Source: Nemertoderma westbladi | Taxonomy: Eukaryota; Animalia; Xenacoelomorpha | Reading direction: 5' to 3' | DNA length: 35,329 bases | Assembly (NCBI GenBank): GCA_032718475.1 | Contig: JAUCBJ010001326.1 | Location: 1-35,329, forward strand | Shown here: positions 21,242-31,644 of the stretch, piece after piece | Numbering within the stretch: position 1 is the first letter of the stretch | Layout of the letters: every line of letters starts with the position of its first letter | Position numbers and translations under genes: made by a program | The notes under the pieces: model-generated | The model's input: the letters and a program-made list of their open reading frames with translations, nothing else | Told to the model about the DNA's origin: nothing | Database searches by the model: none

Positions 21242-23570
21242 ATGGCGGAAGAAGGAACGCCCTGATTATCAGAGGGAGAGAGAACGCCGCCGCGGACCCC
21301 AGACAACACCAACCAAATGATCCGTGAGGCCGCGACGCGATGGTATCGGCCTGCCACGCCGCATTCGCTGACGAGGGACGATCCGGTAGCCCAAGCGGAG
21401 GGCGGCCGTCAACTACGGAGGAGAGAGGGAGACGAGTCGACGCGCGACGACGATGGCGGTCGGAGTACCGAAGTCGCCAGCCAGACACAGGCTGAGGGCG
21501 ACGGACAGCCCACCCGAACGACGGTGGGGCCGACGACAGAACGACGGTGGGGCCGCCGGTACAATGCCGGACAAGGAGAGGAGGCGGAGTCGACGAAGAG
21601 GACGTCGGGACGAGTGATCGGCTACGACGGGCCTACAATGCTACCAAGAAACTGCTTAAAGAGGCCAAGGAGAGGAGAAAGGTAGACCAGCCTAAACTAT
21701 ACCAGAGGCTAGGTGAGTCGAATAAACATTTTCGCTATTTAGTCCATTTTGGACAGGGAGAACTGTCGAGTGAGAGAGCGAGGGGGGTCGCCACAGAACT
21801 GTTTGAATTGTGGCGGTCTGGGGTGATGGAGCCAGACCTAGTGTACGGCCTTACTTAGTGGATGCTAGGGGAATTAAGTTAGTGGGTTGGGTGGACCCGC
21901 ACGACGGCGAACCCGAGGTTAACCCCGAGGATTCAGTGACGTCGGTCAGCGAGAACCCCAGAAAGGGGGGGAAAGTTAGTAGGACAGAGAGGCGACAGCA
22001 TCCTCCGCAAAAGCAAGAAGGGCATTAGAGATAGATCTGTTGTGTCAATTAGACCTTGTGGCGCTGGATCAGAAGGAGTTGGGAGAGGCAACTAGACGAG
22101 GGAACCGCATTATTAGAGAAAGAGAGAGAGTTAGCAAGATAGTGTAAAGAGAGGGCCGAGAGGGTGGCAAGAAACTGTAGGGAACGGGAACAGAGAGAGA
22201 TAAACGAGCGTGAGGAGCGAGAGGCTAGAATAGAGAATGAGCGTAAAGAGCGAGAAGCGAGAGAAGTAGCGAGGGTAGAGAGGGAAACAAACGAGCGTAG
22301 AGAGCGGGAGGCGAGGGAGGCAGAATTAGCGAACCAAAGTCTGAGAGAGGATAGAGAGAGAGAGAGAGCGGGAAAGCATATGCAGGATGATATGCATACC
22401 CGGCTAAGGGGGCTTATGCAATACCAGGCGAAGAAAAAGCGCCGGTTAGAACTGGCGAAGTTGGGATTATCGGAGAATGAGGCTGGTTCGGGTAGTGTTT
22501 ACGAGGAGCTAGAAGTAATGGAAACGTTTGTTAATATCCCACTTACAGGCACCGGACGACAGACCCAGGACTGGTGTAACCGTACAGGCGGGGGGGGGGG
22601 GGGGGGGGGGTGGGGGTAATAATAATACGTTAGAAGGAATTAATATTAATAGTACCGTAGTAGACAACCCTAATCAAACCTTTGTTGCAGGAAATAATAC
22701 TTTACCCGGTAATAATAATTTTGATTTAAATGTGCAAAATAACCCAAATAATATTAATTTAAACGTGCAAAATAACCCAAATAGTAATTCTAATTTAAAC
22801 GTACAAAACAATCCAAATAATAATTCTAATTTAAACGTACAAAATAATCCAAATAATAATACTAATTTAAACGTGTCAAGTAATCCAAATAATAACCCTA
22901 ATTCTGAGCAAAATAATTTAAATAATTTAAATAAATTAGAAAATAATATTATTGATAACGGTGCAATTAATACGAACGTAGGGGAGACAGGTGGTCCGAC
23001 CAGCGAGAGCCTGCAAGGCCACGTAGTTACGCAGGGAGTAGCGGGGGTGAGTCAACCCAACGGGAGCCTGCAAGGCCACGTAGTTACGCAGGGAGTAACG
23101 GGGGTAGTCAACCCGAAGGGAGCCTGCAAGGCCACGCAGTCACACAGGAAGAGGAGGGCGTGAGTAGACCCAGCCAGAGTAGAGATAGTGCGTCGACTAG
23201 AGAGGAGCGTAGAAGCGGAGTAGGAGGTAGCGAAGTAAGAAGTGGTGAATGAGGGGGGGGGGGGGGGCTATGGGCACCCCATCACAAGAGGTTAGTGGCG
23301 AGAGGGGGGGGGGGGGGCAGAGAATGTCCCACAAGCGTCGGCGGATAATGCGCAGGGCGAGTAAGGTTAACCTCGGGACCCGGCGATGGAGAACAGTAGG
23401 GGGATTGCGAGTATCCCCAGGAGCGTCCAACCCGGCAGGGAGAGAGAGGTTGGTGCCGTGAGCGGGCGAGCGACAAGACATCGAGCCCAGTCGGAAGACA
23501 GAAGAAGAACAGTGGAGTTTATACGGGAGGTCGAAGATAGATCTGGAAGAAGATAGAAGAGAAGGGGAAC
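21242..23570 (+). pseudogene. gag: Degenerate gag of element B (N-terminal, coiled-coil and low-complexity parts only)
   Basis: ATG at 21242. Broken ORFs include VNPEDSVTSV (BEL Gag PxDSxS motif), an R/E coiled coil (22164-22460), a 36-bp Asn-rich repeat and a 57-bp repeat. Multiple stops and frameshifts. Confidence 0.7.
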
Positions 23571-23583
23571 GGTACTACTCGGG

Positions 23584-26500
23584 GTGGTACCGGTGAGGGT
23601 GATGGGAGAAAGCGGTCGATCGGTTACGACACTAATGCTGGTCGACAGCGGAGCCGCCTTCACGCTGGTGGAGAATTGGGTGGCCGAGGAGATAAGGTTA
23701 CAGACGAGGCCGAGTAGGATGGCGGTAACTACTATCTCGAGCAAGGATGAGGTCCTGGAGATGAGGACGGGACAGTGCGAGATATCAGCAATAGCACCAG
23801 GATGTGATTATGGGGCGACCATCGACCCCATACAGATAATAGAATCAATTAACATAAATGCCAGGCGACCCACTAAGATCGAGGTCGAGCAATACCGATT
23901 CCTGGACGATATCGATTTCTCGATACCGGAAGTGGACATCCCGAAGGTATCCATCATAGTGGGAATGGACTGTCCGAGAGCCCACGAGAGAGTACGGACC
24001 ATTTTCGGAGAGAACAGGCAGCGCGATCCAATGGCAATTCTCACGCCGTTCGGATGGACGCTTAGCGGCCCAATCAAAACCAAGATTCCATTCAGGATGT
24101 CGGAGACAGCGGGGTGCATGTTCGCAGGGACAATGAGGGAGATGGTGGATGAAGGAGCAGAGGAGCAGCTTATGAGGCTGCTGAAGCAAGACTCCGAAGG
24201 ATTGAAGGAGGCCGGGGTCGGAACCTCGGTAGAGGTTAAACAAGCTATAGAGAGCGTAAGGGAGTCGATGAAGTGCAAAGGGGGACGGTACACCATAGGA
24301 ATGGTGTGGAAACAACCAAAACTACCGTTGCCAGATAACAAAGCAATGGTACTCAAGAGGCTTCACTAGCTAAAGCAAACACTCAGATGGAGCCCCGAGA
24401 AGGATGAGCACATCCACAAGACAATTAAGAAATACGTCGAGAAGGGATGGGCCATGGAGTTACCGGTCGACAAACCAAACACGGACAGGACCTACTATCT
24501 GCCACTCCATGTGGCTTTAGACCCAAAGAAGGGTAAACTGCGGATGGTGGTCGACGCATCGGCCAAAACCAATGGCAAGAGCCTGAACGACTATCTGCTG
24601 GAGGGCCCCAACATCAACAACTCGGGGATAGAGGTCTTGTTGAGATTTAGAAATGGGAGGCACGCCTTCACGTGCGACATAGAAGGCATGTTCAATCAAG
24701 TCCGTGTGACGGAAGAAGACAGCGATAGTCAGTGCTTCCTGTAGTACAACGGCGACGAAGAACCGTCTGAGATACCTATGTACAAGATGGTGGTGCAAAA
24801 CATGGGGGCAAAGTCATCCTCATTTACAACGACTACGGCTGTGAGAGATACGGTAGAGGGGAAAGAGGGAGAGTATAGTTTGAAGGCGATCGACATGATT
24901 CGAAGTGATTTCTATGTAGACGATGGGATGGGATCTGGAAATACGGTTGAAGAAATACTGGAGCTATGGCGCGAGGTTCACGACATCCTAAAGGGATCCA
25001 GGTTTAACCTTACTAAGTTCCAGTCCATCTCAGAGGAATTCGTGAAAGCCATAAAAGACAGGCGACCAGAGTCGACCATGGACAACCCCACAACAGCAAA
25101 GGGGCAGGATATGGCGAACAAGAGAGTGGAGTCTCAGCAGAAGACGGTAGGGATCGTGTGGAACCGGGAGACGGACGAGTTGAAGTATCAACTGAGCCAA
25201 GAGGGTGCAGAGATCCACACTAAGCTGGCCTATGTATCGTACATAGCAAGGATATACGATCCCCTAGGCCAAGCATCCCCATTGTTAGTCACGGGGAAAC
25301 AGATACTAAAGAAAGTATACAAGTTAAAGGATGAGTGGGATACTGAGGTCCCGGAAGAAATAAGTAAACAGTGGAGTAAGTGGACGGGGAGTCTAGAGCA
25401 GATGGGGATGTACAGCATGCCACGCATGTATTTCCCGGACGGAGACATGACGGACCTGGATCTACACATGGTTTCCGATGCATCTTTGGAAGCATACGGA
25501 GCGGCACTTTATTTGGTACAGCGAAAAGGGGCTCATAAGCCCAGACTCGCATTTAGCAAAGCAAATTCGACGCCACCAGATTCAGCGTTAGTGCCAAAAC
25601 TCGAGCTGACAGCTGCAAGGTTAGGAGTAAGGGCCACAGCTTACTTGATGGATACTATACCCAACATAGTGGAGACACACTACTGGACGGACTCCATGGT
25701 GGTGCTAGGGTGGCTACATAACGAGAAGACGAGATACCCCATATTCGTCGTGAATAGTGTAAACGAGATAAGGGCGACGTCTGACCTAGAAAGGTGGCAT
25801 TACTGCCCTACCGACGACAACCCAGCAGATTTGTTATCGAGGGGCGTGGCACGCCACACTTTCTCAAAGAAGGAAGAGTTGTGGCAGCACGGGCCATACT
25901 TCATGAACGATAGATCAGCCTGGCCACCAATGAGGAAGGTGGACCTGGGCTCAGAGGAAGTAGTACCAGAAGAAGAGGGGAAAGATTCAGAAGGGGAAGA
26001 GATATACAGCCAGTTGGTGAGGGAGATCAAGGAGGTGCCACCGAAATCAGAAGAACCATGCGACAACCCGACGGATAGGTTGCTCAGTTGCAGCTCCAGC
26101 TGGTATAAGACTACGAAGTTGGTAGCATATTGGAGGGCCTACAGGGATTTCCTTAGGGGAGTTGGCAAGGATGCCAAAAGGAAACCAACCACCGATCTGG
26201 AAGGAGCGGCTAAAGCCGTAATATGATATGAGCAGAGAAAGAACTACGCCGACGAAGTGGATAGAGTTAGCAAGCAACAACACCTTTGTCAAGACAGCGA
26301 ACTCAACACGCTGTCCCCGCAGTTGAACGACGACGGGATTCTGGTGATGAATTCCAGAGTGGTGAACAACAACAGCTTAGTTATCCCACCAAAACCCATA
26401 ATAATCCCTAATAAATCACCGATAGTCCACCAGATCATATGGGACTTGCATAAGTCGATACTACATGCAGGCACGAACCAGACCCTCACAGAGATATGAA

Positions 26501-27558
26501 GGACATTCTGGATCATACAACTTAGGATGAAGGTGAAGGCAGTAGTGGGGCAGTGCCAGACCTGCCAACGGATGAGAAAGGAGAGGGCCGTACAGGAGAT
26601 GGCGCCCTTACCGGCCAATAGAGTGAGACAACACGACCCACCATTCACGCACGGCGGCGTGGACCTGTTCGGGCCGATTAAGATAAAGGTGATGCGGCAC
26701 AAGGAGAAATGCTATGGCATTATCTTCGTCTGCAACAACACAAGAGCGGTGGGAATAGAACTTGCGCAGGATGCTACGGCATCGGCATTTATTAATGCCT
26801 TAGAAAGATTTGTAAACCGCAAAGGGGGAACAATCACGGTGATATATTCAGATAATGGGACCAACTTCATGGGAGCGGAGAACGAGTTGGCCGAGGCCTT
26901 TGACATCCTAGAGGGAGACGATGTCAGGGCGGCTATGAGGAGACAGCAAATAAAGTGGGAAAGGAGGACGCCATATGCGCCATATACGTTATGATGTGTA
27001 GAGAGACTTGTCGGAAGTTCTAAGCGTTTAATGACTAAACTGAAGAACACCCACATGGTCACAGAGGACATATTAAGAACGGTGCTAGCCAAGTGCGAGG
27101 GAATCATTAAAAGCAGACCGCTATATCCGGAGAATGACGACCCAGAATCACTGGACGTGCTAACACCAGGACACTTTCTGATGGAGAGGCCGGCGACCAT
27201 CGATATGCGGGGTGTAGACCCAGATGACATACATTCCCGTCAAAGTTGGAAAGTCGCCAAGGCAATAAGTGCTGAGTATTGGAGGAGATGGGTAGTGGAA
27301 TATCTTCCGGCGTTACATAGGAGGAGTAAGTGGAGAAACACCAATAGGGAGCTGAAGAAGGGTGACTTGGTAATCGTCACTGACGACACAATTATCAATA
27401 ACCAATGGAGACTAGCGAGAGTGGTAGATACTTACCCCGACAAGGTCGGAAGAGTCCGGTTGGTGGAAGTGAGAATAGGAGGCAAGATAGGAGCCAAAGA
27501 TAGGAAGACCTACAGGAGGGCTGTAGGAAACTGCTGCCTATTGGAAGGGGCACCTTAG
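23584..27558 (+). pseudogene. pol: BEL/Pao pol (protease, RT, RNase H, integrase, C-terminal DUF5641-like region); one frame with 5 in-frame stops
   Basis: LVDSGA protease. YYLPLH, KLRMVVDASA, SLNDYLLEGPN, CDIEGMF and FYVDD RT. YDPLG, SDASLEAYG, PKLELTAA, WTDS and NPADLLSRG RNase H. H..H..CQTC, GVDLFGP, SDNGTNF and ERLV integrase. WRRWVVEYL. Confidence 0.96.
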
Positions 27559-28036
27559 AGTTTAGTCGTCCAAAATGTTGGACTGAGGGGGGTGGGAATG
27601 AGGGTGAGACGCCCTTCCCAAACAAAAATAAAAAATAATAAGCAAATAATAAAATTAAGAAGTGAGATAGTAGAAAGTTAAAAAGTAATAGTAGTAGACG
27701 TAGCACTAAGTAAGTAGTAAGGCAGCAGGCTGGGGCTCGAGGATGGGGCGGGTCTCCCGCTCACAACTTGAAATGCGGCCGAACAGTAGTACAGTACTGC
27801 CAGACTGTTTCAGTTTTAATTATTTACATCATTTCATATTTACAATAGTAGCTAGGCACCTGATTGTTGACATATCTGTATAGGTGGTGGGCGTTTATTT
27901 ACATTTTTGATAATTAAAATCAGCTGGTGATGGGTTTTTTATGATATTTGTTTGATCTGTTTTTTAAATTTGAAAGGTTTTTATACTTTAAGTAAATAAA
28001 TTTAGTTTAGTTTATTTTATTTTAACTAAGTAAGTA

Positions 28037-28377
28037 GTTAGAAGTTAGGGAGTGTGGTATAATGACATACCACGAGAGTAGCAGGGTACATAGTACCGTA
28101 GGCAGTTAGAAGTTAGGGAGTGTGGTATATTGACATACCACGAGAGTAGCAGGGTACATAGTACCGTAGGCAGTTAGAAGTTAGGGAGTGTGGTATATTG
28201 ACATACCACGAGAGTAGCAGCGTACATAGTACCGTAGGCAGTTAGAAGTTAGGGAGTGTGGTGTATTGACATACCACGAGAGTAGCAGGGTACATAGTAC
28301 CGTTGGTAGAAGTTAGAAGTTAGGGAGTGTGGTATATAAACATACCACGGGAGTAGTGGCAGGGTACATAGTACCGT
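28037..28377 (+). repeat. 68-bp tandem repeat (5 copies), each unit with two hairpins
   Basis: Units start at 28037, 28105, 28173, 28241 and 28312. Each has GTGGTAT-N6-ATACCAC and GGTAC-ATA-GTACC. Confidence 0.92.
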
Positions 28378-29091
28378 TAGAGTTAGAAGTTAGAGTTAGT
28401 AGAGTTAGTAGAAGTTGGTAGTAAGATAGTAAAGAGTATGGTATATCTATATACGTAACACTAGGTATCTAGAACACTAGAAAGCACAGTATACCATAGG
28501 AATATTAGTAGGGTACGTAGTACCATAGAGGCTGTGGGCATCGAGGGCGCCACAAAAGGGAGAGGGGGGAACGTGGGTACAGCAGGATAGACTGTGTAGG
28601 CCGCACTAGACAGACTACTGTACTGCACAGCCCATAGAGTAAGTTTAGGGTGTTTGTTACAGGGCCAGGAAGTTGCCTGGTACGAAACTTGCACAGAAAG
28701 GGAATAGCTAGTTTTCCCTGTATAGAAACTATAGGTGTTATCTGAGTAGAAATAACCCGCCATGACCGATAATAGCACACTAACAGAGAATAAAACAGTA
28801 TTAGGAGCAAATCGAACAAATTATGGTAACAGTAGGTAAAGGATTCTAGAATTATAATGAAAGTAACGGACAGAATTGTAAAATATAGAAAAAATTGGCA
28901 CTTTGGGGGACGTATACGTAAAATATAGTATAAAATTAGGATTTCTAAGAGATAGGCCATTACTGAACCATTAGTGTTCTGAGAGAGATAGGCCATCACC
29001 GAACCATACAGACCATCTTAATAACGTCACTCATCTATTTTGAGCCTTGGCAAGGCACCACTAAGTGGGTGAGCGATCGGGAGTGTTCGTA

Positions 29092-31628
29092 ATGGCGGAG
29101 AGACTTGTCAGGAAGAGAAAGACGGAAAGGAGTGGAAAGGAGATACTAGTAGACTTCACGCAAAGGCATCCGGAGGAGAAGACGGGGGGATACTACGAGC
29201 CGCTAGCGAAGGGTCACAATGCACGAGCGCTGCAGGACCACTTCAGGGAGATGCACGAGAGGCGACTGGTCGGGACCTACGGGACACCGTCGCTAGACAA
29301 CGCGATCCTCGAGCATTTCCACTACGTAGTGAAGGGAGATGAGGCGAAGTTCGGGATACCGAAGTATCTGAGGGAACCACTGAGAAAGGACTGGAGGAGG
29401 TTCGTAGAGTCCGTGAACAGGGGAGGATACATGGTCCTAGATGACGAAGGGACTGTGGAAGACGACTAGGGTTCGAGAAGAGGGTCGGCGGGGTCGGCCA
29501 GAACCATACTACTGCATTTGGCTGCACCAAAAGGGGATATATTCCTGTTCGATCTAGGAACGTATGGGAAGAAGAGCAGACCGAAATTAAACCGGTTGCC
29601 AAGGGCGGTGCAGAACCTAGTAAGGGAGAAGTCGACGATGAAGGTGGGATCGGCGATCCGCGACGATGCGGAGAGGATCATCGGACTGGAGACCCCCAAC
29701 TTCTTGGACATGCAAGCGGTCTACATGGCCATGACAGGGCCAGACAGGTTGGGATTGGTAGAGAAGACAGGACATTGCGGAGCAGTGGCGATGGGCCAAC
29801 TCATGGGGCTCGTCTGCCACAAGCCGATGGACTAGGGTAAATTCAGGGAGGAGTATGGAGCGGAGCTGGCGAACTCGCTGAAATGGGGAGCGAGGCCAGG
29901 GAAACAGGAGGTAGATCAGTTCCGAAGAGGAGTGATCAAGATATATCAGAAGAGATATATCCTATAGGAGGACTGGATAATGATAGGTTTATTAAACCTA
30001 TTCATGGCCATGGTTATCAGAAGAGAGCCAACAGCGTTTCTGCTATCAGGAGCACCTCTAAACTACAGAAGAGCCTTTAAGGTGGCCTTCGAAGGTCTGG
30101 TGGACCACCCGGGGCTGAAGGGTGAGTCAGTGTACTACGATAGCCGGCATCTAGTAGACAGAGAGGTGGATACACCATACAAGAGATGGGAGAAGCTGGA
30201 AGCGGATAGAGTCGAGGAGAAGCGACTGGAAGAAGTCGCCAGGTGAGAAAGGAGGGAAGCAGATGAGAGAGAGGCGGACATAAGGGGAGAGGATTACGGG
30301 TTCGAAGCCCAGAACTTGGACAAGCTGAGGTGGGGATCAGGGTGCTCGGGCGAATTTCTGGGGGAGGAGCTGGGATGGACAGAAGAATCGCCGAAACAGT
30401 CGACATCGGGATTGCAAGTGATGCCCATGCCAGTGGGCTCTGAGGGCGATTTCGTAAGAAAGAGACCAAGGGAGCAGGAAGGGTGGAGAGTTAGGGTGGA
30501 AAGGGGCACAGTGGATCTACCGGGATACCGGGTCTGGATCCATTCCCAGCGAGGGAGGAAGATGACGACGAGTTCGGGGAGATTCTGCCCATCGAGAGGA
30601 TCGGCCACTCAGATACGGACTGGGTAGGCGGGAGAGTGGTGACGGCCAGCGGGGCGAGGGCCTTCTGGGATAAACCCGGCAAGCGGACCTGGGTGCACAA
30701 GGAGCCGGCAATCGATTCGCGGGGAGCACCATCAGGTTGGGCGAGCAACCGGGAACGGCACCACGGGTAGTGTTTGGGGAGACCATGCCGAGGCGGGAGG
30801 AGGACGTGGATATGGATAGAGACATCAATATCCAGAAGTTTGCCTATCAATGGCTCCACAGACCTAGGAGAATGCTCGGGGCAAAAGACGACTTGGGGCG
30901 GGATGCGTTGATACATGGCTGTGATTACTGTGGGAGGCTAACTCACCAGGATAAGAGCTGTTTGTATCGATTTCAGAAGGGGACGAGTTGCCTCTACTGC
31001 CGTGAGTCGACCCATAGAATGAGAGCATGTCCGAGGCTGCACAACCGCTGCTCAAAGTGTAACTTCCGAGGGCACTATGGGCGCCAGTGCGACTGGATGG
31101 ACGATGAGGAGAAGTTTAAGATCTTCGAGGAGTGGGCTGACGTCGGCGTTATGATGCGACAGAGGATGAAGGCCCAGAAGTTCTGGTGGGGTTTCTTCAA
31201 CATCAATCCAGAAGCCCATCTGGAGATTATCAAAAGGAGACTGCCATTCACATACCAAGAGGTAGCGACAGCGGCGTCGTATGGAGGAGTCATCAACACG
31301 CAGAGGGACTTGGATAGATGGACTCCAAAAAACAGAGGCGAGTTCAGGGATTTTCTGGCGGAGCACATTGCCGCAAACGATGAAAATGATCTTGTGGGAC
31401 GCTACCAGGGGGAAGCAGGAGGGGCACTCGGAGGGGCCACCTGCAAAACATTACCGGGAGTTGATAACACCAGCGCCCAAAGAATCGACCATGGGGATTA
31501 GCATGGCGGTAATGGCGAGAATGAGGAGTCTCAGAGAGGACAAGCCAGAGGGAAGGAAGCGGCCCAGACAAGACGATGACAGGGGGAAAGCACTAAGATG
31601 GTTCCCGAAGACGGGAGGGGCGAACTAG
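29092..31628 (+). pseudogene. Extra ORF2 of element B: DEDDy-like 3'-5' exonuclease domain plus three CCHC zinc knuckles (stops and frameshifts)
   Basis: Same-frame pieces over 29092-30627 give VLDDEG (ExoI), LLHLA..IFLFDL, LP..V..L....KVGSAIRDD (ExoII), FLDMQ and QKRYIL*ED (ExoIII-like). 30737-31501 has three CX2CX4HX4C motifs. Confidence 0.7.
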
Positions 31629-31633
31629 GACTC

Positions 31634-31644
31634 AGAGGGGGAGA
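31634..31644 (+). other. Polypurine tract
   Basis: AGAGGGGGAGA immediately before the TGTG start of the 3' LTR. Confidence 0.8.

Noticed and set aside
28037-28377. 68-bp hairpin array as CRISPR-like repeat-spacer locus next to a nuclease
   Set aside because: Whole units are near-identical, with no variable spacer.
29092-31628. ORF2 as an env gene
   Set aside because: No signal peptide, no C-terminal transmembrane anchor and no glycoprotein Cys pattern. The motifs are nuclease- and knuckle-like.
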